Assembly: GCA_964016885.1 (NCBI GenBank)
Contig: OZ024761.1
Coordinates: 28,892,001-28,956,000, forward strand
DNA from: Eledone cirrhosa
Taxonomy: Eukaryota
Length of the DNA: 64,000 nt
Direction of reading: 5' to 3'
This document shows positions 13,690 through 26,375 of this stretch, in pieces. Under the pieces are notes generated by a model. That model did not search any database. It was not told the origin of the DNA and saw only the letters and a program-made list of their open reading frames with translations. Position 1 is the first letter of the stretch. Each line of letters starts with the position of its first letter. The translations under genes and the position numbers were made by a program.

Positions 13690-14830
13690 TAGAATTGTAG
13701 TGTCTGGAGGTGTGAAGTACCATACACTGAAGTGTGGTGGAGTGTCTGACATTGATGTATGCTGAGGTGGAGTACACAGATGTGTACGTGGTGCGGTGGA
13801 GTACTTCGATGTGTAAAGTACCAGGTGGCATGTAGTACTTGGATGTGTAAAGTACCAGGTGGTGTGCCGTACTTGGATGTGTAAAGTACCAGGTGGTGGT
13901 GCGGTGGAGTACTTGGATGAGTAAAGTACCAAGTGGCATGTAGTACTTGGATGTGTAAAGTACCAGGTGGTGTGCCGTACTTCGATGAGTAAAGTACCAG
14001 GTGGCGTGTAGTACTTGGATGAGTAAAGTACCAGGTGGCGTGTAGTACTTGGATGTATAAAGTACCAGGTGGTGGTGTGGTCGAGTACTTGGATGAGTAA
14101 AGTACCAGGTGGCATGTAGTACTTGGATATATAAAGTACCTGGTGGAGGATATAGATATGTAAAGTATTGGGCAGTGGTGGTGGGGTCGTGTACTTGGAT
14201 GTATAAAGTACCAGGTGGTGGTGTGGTGGAGTACTTGGATGAGTAAAGTACCAAGTGGCATGTAGTACTTGGATGAGTAAAGTACCAGGTGACATGTAGT
14301 ACTTGGATGAATAATTACCAGGTGGCGTGTAGTACTTGGATGAGTAAAGTACCAGGTGGCATGTAGTACTTGGATGAGTAAAGTATCAGGTGGCGTGTAG
14401 TACTTGGATGAGTAAAGTACCAGGTGACATGTAGTACTTCGATGAATAAAGTACCAGGTGGTGTGTAGTACTTGGATGAGTAAAGTACCAGGTGGCGTGT
14501 CATACTTGGATGTGTAAAGTACCTGGTGGAGGATATAGATATGTAAAGTATTGGGCAGTGGTGGTGGTGTCGTGTACTTGGATGTATAAAGTACCAGCTG
14601 GTGATGCGGTGGAGTACTTGGATGAGTAAAGTACCAGGTGGCATGTAGTACTTGGATGTGTAAAGTACCTGGTGGAGGATATAGATATGTAAAGTTCCAA
14701 GCAGTGGAGTAATGTACCAGGTGGTGGTGGGGTGTAGCAGCTGGATATATAAGGTACCATATGGCAAGGTGGAGTACCTAGATACATAAAATACTGGGTG
14801 GTGGAGTACCAAGGTATGTAAAGTACCAGA
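13690..14830. repeat. 34-39-bp minisatellite GTACTTGGATGAGTAAAGTACCAGGTGGCATGTA
   Basis: Direct reading; each unit contains the GTACTT/AAGTAC inverted hexamers. Confidence 0.9.
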
Positions 14831-14929
14831 CAATGTAGTGTTGTAGTTCTTATTTATATCTCTTTACAGTCTGAGTTCAAATCCTTGGTCCATCTTTTTA
14901 AGTGAAAATCTTCATTCAAATATTGTTTA

Positions 14930-15120
14930 AATTTTGACTTAAATTTCTGAGCTCATATTGTTAGTTCAAATTTCTGACTTTAAATCTCTGACTCAAATTT
15001 CTGAACTCAGATTGTTAGTTCAAATTTCTGACTTTAAATCTCTGACTCAAATATCTGAGCTCAGATTGTTTGTTCAAATTTCTAACTTTAAATCCGTGGT
15101 TTAAATATCTGATTTTAAAT
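14930..15120. repeat. 54-bp tandem repeat, about 3 copies
   Basis: GTT(A/T)GTTCAAATTTCT at 14960, 15014 and 15068. Confidence 0.75.
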
Positions 15121-15139
15121 CAGAGGTACTGGTATTTGC

Positions 15140-15500
15140 TGTAGTGTACGGAGTGTAGTGTGGTGTAGTGTAGTATAGTGTGGTGTGGTGTAGTGTAGTA
15201 TAGTGTGTTGTGGTGTGGTGCAGTGTAGGGGGTTGTACCATGATGTGGTGTGGTGTGGTGGAGTGTAGGAGGAGATTGTACCACGATGCAGTGTAGTGTG
15301 GTGTGGTGTTCTGTGTTGCAGTGTAGGAGGCTTGTACCATGATGCAGTGTCGTGTGGTGTGGTGCAGTGTAGGGGGGTTGTACCATGATGTGGTGTGGTG
15401 TAGTGTTGTGTGGTGCAGTGTAGGAGGGTTGTACCATGATGATGTGTAGTGTAGTGTGGTGTGGTGCTGTATGTTCTATGGTATAGTGTGCTTATGGTGC
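15140..15500. repeat. (GTGTG/GTGTA)n pentamer repeat with TTGTACCATGATG anchor
   Basis: Direct reading. Confidence 0.85.
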
Positions 15501-15782
15501 AGTGGACTATTAGACAGAGACAGAGAGAGAGAGAGAGAGAGGGCTTTAATGATATTGCTTATACCTCATGCTCTCCTCTAACCCACCACCCAACCAGATG
15601 ACACCACCCTCCAACCCCTCATCTACTGAAAAAACCCCACGCCCACCCCTTCTTCACCACGTGAGGATAATGGGGAGAAACCTCACTGAAAACCCTGACC
15701 ACAATGGAAGGAAATAAAAGCAGAAATAAATGCGATAGCAGGCCAAACTCCACTGAGTGGATTTCTGCTGGAAATCACTTAC

Positions 15783-15857
15783 TTAACAATATATAATACC
15801 CAGGTGGGTTAGAATAGACTGGGCTGCATTTAAGGGTCGAATGAACGGGCAAATAAA
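15783..15857 (-). other. candidate 75-nt internal exon of an unidentified minus-strand gene
   Basis: Minus strand: long pyrimidine tract ending CTCTCTTTCAG| at 15858, and |GTAAGTG donor at 15782. One phase is open ([24 protein letters not shown]). Confidence 0.4.
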
Positions 15858-16057
15858 CTGAAAGAGAGATACGGGGAGAGAGAGAAAGGGAGAGAGAAAA
15901 AGGGAGAGAGAAAGGGAGAGAGAAAGGGAGAGAGAAAGGGAGAGAGAGGGGGAGAGAGGAGTGAGGGGAAAAATAGAGAGGGGGAAGAGAGAGGTGGAGA
16001 GAGAGCAACCGAACACCATTAAAAATCTGAATATATATATATATATATGTATAGATA

Positions 16058-16114
<57 letters not shown>

Positions 16115-16231
16115 GTATATACATATATATATATATATATATACATATATACATATACATATATATGTATATATATGTATGTATACATACATACACATAC
16201 TGTATATGTATATATATATATGTATGTATAC

Positions 16232-16282
<51 letters not shown>

Positions 16283-17430
16283 GATATATATATATATAAT
16301 GCATATACATATATATATGTGTGTAGATATATAGTTGTGTATATATCCTCTAAATACAAACGCTTCTCTGGACAATGAATCAATAAATGCCAAAATGCCA
16401 GAATAACAGAACAACAGAATGATAGTAGTGGTGCTTGTGGTGGTGGTGGTGGTGGTGGTGGCGGTGGTTGTGGTGGTATTGTTGCTGTTGGTGGTGGTGG
16501 TGATGGTGGTGGTGGTATTGTTGCTGTTGGTGGTGGTGGTATTGTTGCTGTTGGTGGTGGTGGCATTGTTGTTGTTGTTGTTGGTGGTGCTGTTGTTGTT
16601 GGTGGTGGTGGTGGTGGTGGTGGTGGTGGTGGTGATTTTAGTGGTATTGTTGTTGTTGGTAGTGGTATTGTTCTTGTTGGTGGTGGTAGTGATGGTATTG
16701 TTGTTGTTGTGGGTCGTGGTGGGTGATGGTGGTAGTGATAGTATTGTTGTTGGTGGTGGTGGTGGTGGTGGTGCTGGTGGTGGTGGTGGTGGTGGTGATG
16801 GTGATGGTGGTGGTTGTGGTGATGGCATTGTTGTGGGTGGTGGTGGTGGTGGGGTAGTGATGGTATTGTTGTTGTTGTGGGTGGTGGTGGTAGTGTTGGT
16901 AGTGATAGTATTGGTGGTGATGGTGGTAATGTTGTTGGTGGTGGTGCTGGTGGTGGCGGAGATGTTAGTGTTGATGCTGTTTATGACTCCTCACCCCCAC
17001 CCCACCCCGACCTCCCATCATAGAAGATTGATAGAAAGACGAAAAAAAAAGAGGCAAGTATGTGAGAGGGTGTCCATCTGAGTGGAGTTGATGAGAGTTT
17101 GGAGGGGTCAGTTGGTGTTGGTGGGGGTTGATAGCGTTTGGAGGGGTCAGTTGGTGTTGGTGGGGGTTGATAGCATTTGGTGGGGGGCAAGTGGGGGTAG
17201 CTTGCATTTGTCATCGCTGTATTATAGCCCCCAATTGCATCTGAGCATGAAAACTGTCAATTAGAAAATTATGTGACAGCTAGTGTGTCATGGATATATA
17301 TATGTGTGTACGTATGTATATATATATATATACATATACATATGTATCTATATACATATGTCTGTGTGTGTCATGGATATTCATATATACACATATACAC
17401 ACACATATAGAAGTATATATATATATATAT

Positions 17431-17772
17431 CATCATTTCATCATTTCATTTTACGTCCGCTTTTTCCCTGCTTGCAAGGGTGGGACGGGAACTGGTTCTG
17501 GCTTGATTTCTACAGCTGGATGCCCTTCCTAACACCAACCTCATTTACAGTGAGTGCTGGGTGCTTTTTTGCCGTGGCACCTCCACGACCACTTTGCAGT
17601 GGAATGATATGGACCCCAGTCCCTATCATCTCATTTCTACAGCTGAGTAAACTGGAGCAATGTGAAATAAAGTGTCTTGCTCAAGGAAACAACACATCAC
17701 CCGGTCTGAGAATTGAACTCACAACCTTTCGATTGCAAGGCCAATTCTCTAACCACTAAGCCATGTGCCTCC
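17431..17772 (-). mobile_element. CORE-type tRNA SINE family B with RTE-derived tail, full length
   Basis: A box TGGCTTAGTGG, B box GAGTTCAATTC, MIR/CORE-like CCTTGAGCAAGACACTT..CTCAGCTGTAGAAATG, tail GGAAGGGCATCCAGC..GGACGTAAAATGA. Confidence 0.85.
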
Positions 17773-18319
17773 ATATATATATATATACATAGACACCCAC
17801 ACATGTATACATATAAACACACACATATACATACATTCACACACACACATATACATACATATATACATACATATACATATATATATATACACCCACACAT
17901 GGTAAATACATATAGTGCTAGTGTTATGATAAAATGCATGCAGCAGATGCTGTAGATTGGTTGCCATTAGGAAGGGCATGAACTTGTAGAAACCCCAGAA
18001 ACCTTACCAAAATATGGAGCATATGAGTTAGGGGCTGCTCTCTCTCCTTGCTCTAGCCTTGAAGCAGGACAACAACCTGTCCAACCCACCCCAGCATAGA
18101 AAGTTGATGGTAATGATGATGATGATAATGGTGGAGGGGGGGTCGATGATGGTGGTGATGACTATGGTGGTGTTGGTGATGACGATGATGACGATGATGA
18201 TGATGATGCCTGAAAGATTTTCTGGTTTTGTCTTTGTGGACATTTCAATGCATGTATTTATACAACCCAGGAACATGTAAAAACTTCTCAGATATATAAA
18301 TGTTCATGTATATATATGT

Positions 18320-18346
<27 letters not shown>

Positions 18347-18350
<4 letters not shown>

Positions 18351-18619
18351 ATATTAAACAAATGGAAACTATATTTATAAAACCATATTTATTTCGTTAT
18401 ATATATTTCTGGGATATCATATTAAAAATATGGTATGCCTTCCTCAGACAAAATACAATACATAAGCTGTTTTATAAATAATTATTGACATACCTTATAA
18501 TAATGCAACTTCCATTTAAAAAGTTGATTTGGTAGTCCTACTCCAGAAACTGTTGAGTGCTTTTATATCAGTTATAAAATATTTACTCATTGTAACCCAA
18601 CAATCTTAAATAAAACTTT

Positions 18620-18623
<4 letters not shown>
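18347..18623. mobile_element. 277-bp HHR-bearing element with its 5' 188 bp inverted
   Basis: 18347-18534 is the reverse complement of 55884-56071, and 18537-18623 matches 56074-56160; flanked by (TA)n. Confidence 0.85.
18390..18455 (-). ncRNA. type-I hammerhead ribozyme motif
   Basis: TATTTTGT-CTGAGGA-imperfect stem II-GAAA-TATATA-TA-ACGAAATA; stem I is 8 bp with one GU. Confidence 0.6.
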
Positions 18624-18663
<40 letters not shown>

Positions 18664-18842
18664 ATACATATATATAGAGAGAGAGGTAAGAACACTGGAA
18701 GGTAATATCTGTAGTGGTAGAGCACTCAGTCCATGGGACAAGTTTGGTAGAAGTGGTTACACAACAGTTAGTTCACCATACCATTTCTGCTCATGCACAT
18801 TCATACGGTTGTCCTTCCTGTTTCATATAATCATGTCCAGCA

Positions 18843-18880
18843 CGAGCTGAGGATCCGCTAAGGTGAAACAATTGTTCTCG
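18843..18880 (+). ncRNA. minimal type-I hammerhead ribozyme motif
   Basis: CGAG-CTGAGGA-T CC GCTAA GG T-GAAA-CAATTG-TT-CTCG; palindromic stem III ACAATTGT. Confidence 0.6.
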
Positions 18881-18909
18881 GTATGATGAACTAACTGTTG
18901 TGTAAGCAC

Positions 18910-18966
<57 letters not shown>

Positions 18967-19004
18967 TTCAAAATATTAATATATATATATATATATATAT
19001 ATAT

Positions 19005-19214
19005 AACGAAGGAAATGTGGTAAGGAACCAGGTGGACCATAACGCACCAAAGTACTCAATACTTAGGGTAGTAGAGTGGGTGATAGGAACGAGTAGGACC
19101 CCGACGGCTGAGCTCAAGCCGTTTCGCCAGCTAATTCTGGACTAAAAAGTTCTCAGTCCAGAATTAGCCGTTGAAACGGCTTGAGCTCCGCCGTCGGGGT
19201 CTTACTCGTTCCTA
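19005..19214 (-). mobile_element. palindromic HHR-half element, family E
   Basis: About 130-bp inverted repeat (19083-19213) containing GAAACGGC-TTGAGCTC(A/C)-GCCGTC; the same family occurs at 24645, 24856 and 45087; lies in (TA)n. Confidence 0.8.
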
Positions 19215-19231
19215 TATATATATATATATAT

Positions 19232-19452
<221 letters not shown>

Positions 19453-19478
19453 GCACATATATATAGAGGCACATATAT

Positions 19479-19809
19479 GGAGGCAAATGGCTTAGTGGTT
19501 AGAGAATTGGCCTTGCAATCGAAAGGTTGTGAGTTCAATTCTCAAACCGGGTGATGTGTTGTTTCCTTGAGCAAGACACTTTATTTCACATTGTTCCAGT
19601 TTACTCAGCTGTAGAAATGAGATGATAGGGACTGGGGTCCATATCATTCCACTGCAAAGTGGTCGTGGAGTTTCCACGGCAAAAAAGCACCCAGCACTCA
19701 CTGTAAATGAGGTTCCAGCTGTAGAAATCAAGCCAAAATCAGTTCCCATCCCACCCTTGCAAGCAGGGAAAAAGCGGACGTAAAATGAAATGAATGAAAA
19801 TGAAATGAT
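19479..19809 (+). mobile_element. CORE-type SINE family B
   Basis: Same as 17431-17772, with a small deletion in the tail. Confidence 0.85.
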
Positions 19810-19816
19810 ATATATA

Positions 19817-20303
19817 TGTCACTGGACCAAGATCTTTGGCGCTACGCAGTAATACAGAAGACCTGCCTTGCCTATGTACAAAACGAAACCTACAGTCAGT
19901 AGGCACCTCTTAACCAAATATACACCCCAATCCACTACCCCTACCCTATCCTCTCACTCCCACCAATACCACCCTCTCTCTGTAAAATTGTTACCACAAC
20001 ATCCAGTCCAAATAAATGAGATAATGAGATCGAGATCGTGTAGGTGTCATGACAAAAAAACACACAGTCCACACTGTAATGTGGCCGTGTAGGTAACACG
20101 GTAAAAAGTTTCCAGTTCCACACTGTAAATGTGGTTGGTGTTAGGAAGGGCATCCAGCCGTAGAACACCTACCAGATAGCCCTACATGAGCGAGACACGG
20201 TCACCCGACCAACCTTGCCTCAAGTGGAACAACTCCCGTCTAACCCATGCTAGCGAAATGGAAAATGGACGTTAAACGAAAATGATGATGATGATGATGA
20301 TGA
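19817..20303 (+). mobile_element. RTE LINE 3' end
   Basis: Colinear with 41383-41720 and 42555-42677; ends GGACGTTAAACG..(TGA)n. Confidence 0.8.
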
Positions 20304-20539
20304 TATATAAAATGGAAAACGAAAAATAAGTGAAGCATCGGAACGCAATTTATTACGTATTACAATTGTTTCTCCAGCAAACACTTCATAGGAGCATAGA
20401 GTGCTCAACCGGCATACCGTGTATATATTTATATATATGGACCCTTCTTGTCTATATACAACAGTGTGTAGATGTAATGCACAGTGTGTCTACATGTATG
20501 TATATCTCGCTGCAATATATAGTCTATGGTGTATATATA

Positions 20540-21840
20540 GCTGTAATGTATATTATGTATAATATACGTAGCTGTAATATATAGTATGTATGTGTATGTA
20601 TGTAGGTGTAAAATACAGTATGTGTATGTGTATGTAATATACAGTATGTGTATGTGTATGTATATGTAATATACAGTATATGTATGTGTATGTATGTAGG
20701 TGTAAAATACAGTATGTGTATGTGTATGTAATATACAGTATATGTATGTGTATGTGTATGTATATGTAATATACAGTATATGTATGTGTATGTGTATGTA
20801 TATGTAATATACAGTATATGTATGTGTATGTATTTAGGTGTAAAATACAGTATATGTATGTGTATGTGTATGTATATGCAGCTGTAATATACAGTATATG
20901 TATGTATATGTAGCTGTAATATACAGTATATGTATGTGTATGCATATGTAGCTGTAATATACAGTATATGTATGTGTATGTATATGTAGCTGTAATATAC
21001 AGTATATGTATGTGTTTGTATATGCAGCTGTAATATACAGTATATGTATATGTATGTATATGCAGTTGTAATATACAGTATGTATATGTGTATGCAGCTG
21101 TAATATACAGTATATCTATGTGTATATATATGTGTGTATATCTATGTGTATGTGTATGTGTATGTGCATATGTATGTGTATGTATATGTGTATGCAGCTG
21201 TAATATACAGTATATCTATGTTTATATATATGTGTATATGTATATGTATGTATATGTATATGTGTATGCAGCTGTAATATACAGTATATCTATGTGTATG
21301 TGTATATGTATGTATATGTATATGTGTATGCAGCTGTAATATACAGTATATCTATGTGTATGTGTATGTATATGTGTATGTGTATATGTATGTGTATGTA
21401 TATGTGTATGCAGCTGTAATATACAGTATATCTATGTGTATATATATATGTGTATATGTATGTGTATGTATATGTGTATGCAGCTGTAATATACAGTATA
21501 TCTATGTGTATGTGTATATGTATGTATATGTATATGTGTATGCAGCTGTAATATACAGTATATCTATGTGTATGTGTATATGTATGTGTATGTATATGTG
21601 TATGCAGCTGTAATATACAGTATATCTATGTGTATGTGTATGCGTATGCATATGTGTATGTGTATGCAGCTGTAATATACAGTATATCTATGTGTATGTG
21701 TATATCTATGTGTATGTGTATGTGTATGTATATATGTATGTATATGTGTATGTGTATGTGTATATGTATGTATATGTATATATGTATATGTATGTGTATG
21801 TGTATGTGTATATGTGTATATGTATGCAGCTGTAATGTTT
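20540..21840. repeat. minisatellite with GCAGCTGTAATATACAGTATAT anchor and variable (TATGTG)n
   Basis: Direct reading. Confidence 0.9.
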
Positions 21841-21934
21841 GTAGATGTCATCAACTAAATAGATATGATGTTTTCCACCACGTCAATTACTGTCTAACTT
21901 TACATATGCTGCACAGGAGAGACAGTCCAAACTG

Positions 21935-22495
21935 ATCCCTTCTTCCCCCCCCCCCCCCTCACCCTCTTCTACTTCCCCTTCCTCCCCTTCATCGTCCCCT
22001 TCCTCATTTTCTTTCCCTCTTCTCTCCTTCCTATTTTCCCCTTCCTCATCTTCATCTTTTCCCATCCTTCCCCTTCTGCTTCCCTTCCTCCTCTTCTGCT
22101 CCTTCCATCCACTTCTCTGCTTCCTCTTCATCTTTGCCCCTTCCTCCCCCTCCCCTTCCCTCCTCTTCTGCTCTCTCATCATCTTCCCTTCTTCCCCTTC
22201 CTCTTCTACCCTTCCTCTGCTTCCCTTACTCTTTTTCTCTCCCTCTTTTCTCCTTCCTCTTTTACCCTTCCTCTTTTCCCTTCCTCTTTTCCCTTCCTCC
22301 CCTTCTTCTTTCCCTCTTTCCCCCTTCCTCCCTCCCTCTTTCCCCCTTCCTCTTCCTTTCCTCCTTTTCCCTTCTTCTTTCCTTTCCTCTTTCCCCCACC
22401 CACCCCCCTGTTCCTCTTCATCCCTTCCTCCCCTTCATCTTCCACTTCATCTTCCTCCTCTCACCTTCCACTTTTTCCTCCTCTTCCTTCTTTCC
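21935..22495. repeat. polypyrimidine (CT-rich) low-complexity tract
   Basis: Direct reading. Confidence 0.9.
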
Positions 22496-22819
22496 ACAGC
22501 ACACCATTGTGTTTTAATGGACCCTTGATGCAATCATCATCATCATCATCATCAACATCATGACATTTTACATACACACATACACACACATATGCATATG
22601 TACACATATACATGCATACATGCACACATATACATACATACTCATACAAACATATATATGCACACACATATATTTCCATCTCATGCTATGCCGTAAATGT
22701 ATTAAGCTAAGTTTTACATATTAGACATACGTCGATACACATACAAACACATACAGACACACACATATATACATATGAATATGAATATATATATATATAC
22801 AATTATATATATATATACA

Positions 22820-22911
<92 letters not shown>

Positions 22912-23099
22912 AATGTCTATATATAATCTAAATTATATATAGACATTTCCTTGGTCTTCCTCCACTGCAGCTTCCTTCACTTAACAATTGTTATCCATAC
23001 ACATCACATATCCATACGAACACAATTTTCTCTCTTGCACACTACATCTGATTCCTCTTATACCCAGGTCTTCCTCTACTGTGGCTATATGTATATATA

Positions 23100-23141
<42 letters not shown>

Positions 23142-23468
23142 AACACAAATTATCGAGATTCGCATTTCGGCCCACGAAATAACGAAAAACAACCTCTGAG
23201 ATGTGCGGCAAGTGCTCAATGATTCAGATGAACCAGAGCTATAACAAACGTTAAAGGCCAAACACACTGAGACGATGGTTAAAGAATCATTCACATAGCC
23301 CCCCCAAAAAAACGATCAAGTAATTCGGGTATTGAAAATTTACCCGGACCCCTGGAAGGTTGGTAAAATCCAGTATATGGGTTTCTGCGGCTCCTAAATC
23401 AAGTACCGTCCGCTTACATAAATAATGTCAGGCTTCTGGTAAGATGATTGAACAAGGAAGCCACTTTC

Positions 23469-23499
<31 letters not shown>

Positions 23500-23897
23500 G
23501 GGAGATCTTTGGCGCTACGCAGTAATACAAAAGACCCGCCTTGCCTAAGTACAAAGTGAAACCTACAGTCAGTAGGCATCTCTTAACCAAAATACACCCC
23601 CGTCCCACACCACCCCTTTCGATGTAAAGCTATGTTGGTACCACAACATCCAGTCCTAAATAAATGAGGTCGTGTAGGTGTCACGACAAAAAAACACATA
23701 GTCCACGCTGTAATGTGGTAACATGGTAAAAACCTCCCAGTCCACACTGCAAATGTGGTTGGTGTTAGGAAGGGCATCCAGCCGTAGAAAATCCGCCAGA
23801 CAGTCTTGAGCAAGACAACCAATCTTACCTCAAGTGGTACAATTCCCGTCCAAACCCATGCTAGCGTGGAAGATGGACGTTAAACGATGATGATGAT
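23500..23897 (+). mobile_element. RTE LINE 3' end
   Basis: Colinear with 19830-20303; (TGA)n tail. Confidence 0.8.
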
Positions 23898-24082
23898 ACA
23901 TATATATATATATATATAAAATATATATTATATATATATATATATATATAATATATATTATATATATATATATAGTTAGGGAAGCAGAAAATTGCTTTTT
24001 GTGATCCAGTTCGTGGTTAAGAAAGCCAGTTTCATGGATGGTTTCAACGTATGGTTATATATATATATATATATATATAATA

Positions 24083-24119
<37 letters not shown>

Positions 24120-24129
24120 CGGCGATGAA

Positions 24130-24625
24130 TTAGTTTTGCAAGGTTTTTTATATGAAATCGTGTGTCGAAACAAATATTGTTATACTTGGGGAGGGTCATA
24201 TTTGTGTAATAGTATTGCCAGAATTAATAACAGAACACACTCACTGTTTGGTTGGTTTTCACTTCTGTGTCTTTTATATTGGTTAATTTAATTTATTCGG
24301 TCCTCAATGTTGCTATTGACTGACCAACGGTCAAAAATACAGATACAATATAGACACAAACACATATATATAAGGTCTATCAAAGTTCTTTTGTTGCACA
24401 TCTGCAACATCGTCAGTGGTGCTATTATGTTTCCTCCTGTTGTATTGTATGCCTACGCCATCTTTATTTAGTCTGTTTATTTATTTAATTAAATTAAATT
24501 AATATAAATTAAATTAACCGATATAAAAGACACAGAAGCGAAAACCAACCAAACAGTGAGTGTGTTCTGTTATTAATTCTGGCAATACTATTACACAAAT
24601 ATGACCCTCCCCAAGTATAACAATA
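24130..24625 (-). mobile_element. solo pseudo-LTR of the Penelope-like element, with inverted partial copy
   Basis: 24130-24487 closely matches 28881-29237, and 24504-24625 is the reverse complement of about 24175-24297. Confidence 0.8.
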
Positions 24626-24644
24626 TATATATATATATATATAT

Positions 24645-25060
24645 AATAGAAACGAGTAGGACCCCGACGGCTGAGCTCAAGCCGTTTCGACGGCTAATTC
24701 AGTCCAGAATTAGCCGTCGAAACGGCTTGAGCTCAGCCGTCGGGGTTCTACTCGTTCCTATTACCCACTCTACTACCCTAAGTATTGAGTACTTTGGTGT
24801 GTTATGGTCCACCTGGTTCCTTACCACATTTCCTTCGTTATATATATATATATATATAGGAAAAGAGTCAGGACTCCGATGGCAGAGCTCAAGCCGTTTC
24901 AGCAGCTTATTCTGGACGTCCAGAAATAGCCTTCGAAACGGCTTCAGCTCTGCCTTCGGGGTCTTGACTCTTTTCCTATTACCCACTCTACTACCCTAAG
25001 TATCGACTACTCTGGTGCGTTATGGTCCACCTGGTTCCTTACCACACCTCCTTCGTTATA
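24645..25060 (+). mobile_element. two tandem family-E palindromic HHR-half elements (24645-24840, 24856-25058)
   Basis: Same structure as 19005-19214, separated by (TA)n. Confidence 0.8.
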
Positions 25061-25139
25061 TATATATATATGTATATATATTTTACTATTTTACCTGTTC
25101 TAGTCATCCGCTGGGGCCATGCTGATTCCCAAGTGATGG

Positions 25140-25248
25140 GGCTAACCACACTTAAAGAAAGTACTCAATGCATTGGTAGTGTATAGGCATCTTTATTATA
25201 TATAGAAATTACCTCTTACAGGACTAGAACTGTTTCATTCGTATGAAT
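25140..25248 (-). mobile_element. family D hammerhead-like element, 3' part
   Basis: GAATGAAACAGTTCTAGTCCTGTA..TATAATAAAGATGCC..CATTGAGTACTTT on the minus strand. Confidence 0.6.
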
Positions 25249-25618
25249 AATTGTCTGTGAAAAGTACTTCTGTTTTCATATATTTGCCCTCATGCTCGAT
25301 GACAGGTCAGTTTAAAAGTACCTCCTCCATAACTGGACCACAAAACCAATGGTAACACATACATGTTAAGTGTATGAAATTTTGTTTATACTAAATAAGC
25401 TCTCTTGCAACAGATTGAGCACTCTTTTCCTTGATCTTTCATCTACGGATTGCTACACACACACACATCATAATCATCATCATCATCATCGTTTAATGTC
25501 CATCTTCTACACTAGTATGGGTTAGACAGTTTGTTCCATTTGATGCGGGAATGGTTGGGAGACCGTGTCTCGCTTATATGGAAGTGTATATATATATAGA
25601 AATATATATATATATATA

Positions 25619-25770
25619 TAGAAATGACCTCTACATGGCGAGAACTGTTTCATTCCTATGAAATCAGGAATGATTTCATACGAATGAAACAGTTCTAGTC
25701 CTGTAGAAATCATTTCTTTATATAATAAAGATGCCTCTACTCTACTAACGTATTAAGTACCTTTCTATCA
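25619..25770 (+). mobile_element. family D element with fold-back 5' end
   Basis: 25619-25667 mirrors 25670-25717. Confidence 0.65.
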
Positions 25771-25807
25771 ACACTCAGGAACCTAAATGTTATATATCTT
25801 AAGTCTA

Positions 25808-26063
25808 AAGGTGCATTTGGCCAGTGCTTATCCTCATTTCATGGCATGAAGTGACTGAGAGTACAAGACTCCCCCATGGACAGGACGCTAGTCCATCGTA
25901 GGGTTAAACCTCCAGCTATTGCTGATATCCGTTTTCAGCTGTGTATAGTGGAGCACATGAAATGAATTGTTTTGCTCAAGAACACAACACGCAACCTAGG
26001 AATCGAACTCACGACATTATGAACTTAAGTCCAACACCCTTACCACTAGGCCACGTGCCTCCA
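25808..26063 (-). mobile_element. CORE-type tRNA SINE (tail variant 3)
   Basis: Head TGGCCTAGTGG / GAGTTCGATTCC, CORE-like CTTGAGCAAAAC..CAGCTGAAA, distinct tail GATGGACTAGCGTCCTGTCC. Confidence 0.7.
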
Positions 26064-26073
26064 CACATATTTT

Positions 26074-26136
<63 letters not shown>

Positions 26137-26375
26137 TCAAGGAGACAACAAACAGAGGTACAAAAGGGCTTGTTAGTTTCATGGATTATATTGGAAAGAA
26201 GAAAGAAAGGTTGACGTGTCGGGCTTAAGCCCTTCTTCTGGAGTACCCAAAAGAGACAGGATCACAATGGAGAAACAGAAAAAAGGTCCGAGTAAAGACC
26301 TCCACCTCCAAAAAATCGAAAATGAAGTGTGTGTATATGTGTGTGTGTGCGTTTAGAGTAGAATAATCCACTAGA

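Noticed and set aside
13690-14830. CRISPR-like look (palindromic repeat with variable linkers)
   Set aside because: The linkers are 6-15 bp and reused rather than unique spacers, there are no cas genes, and the context is eukaryotic.
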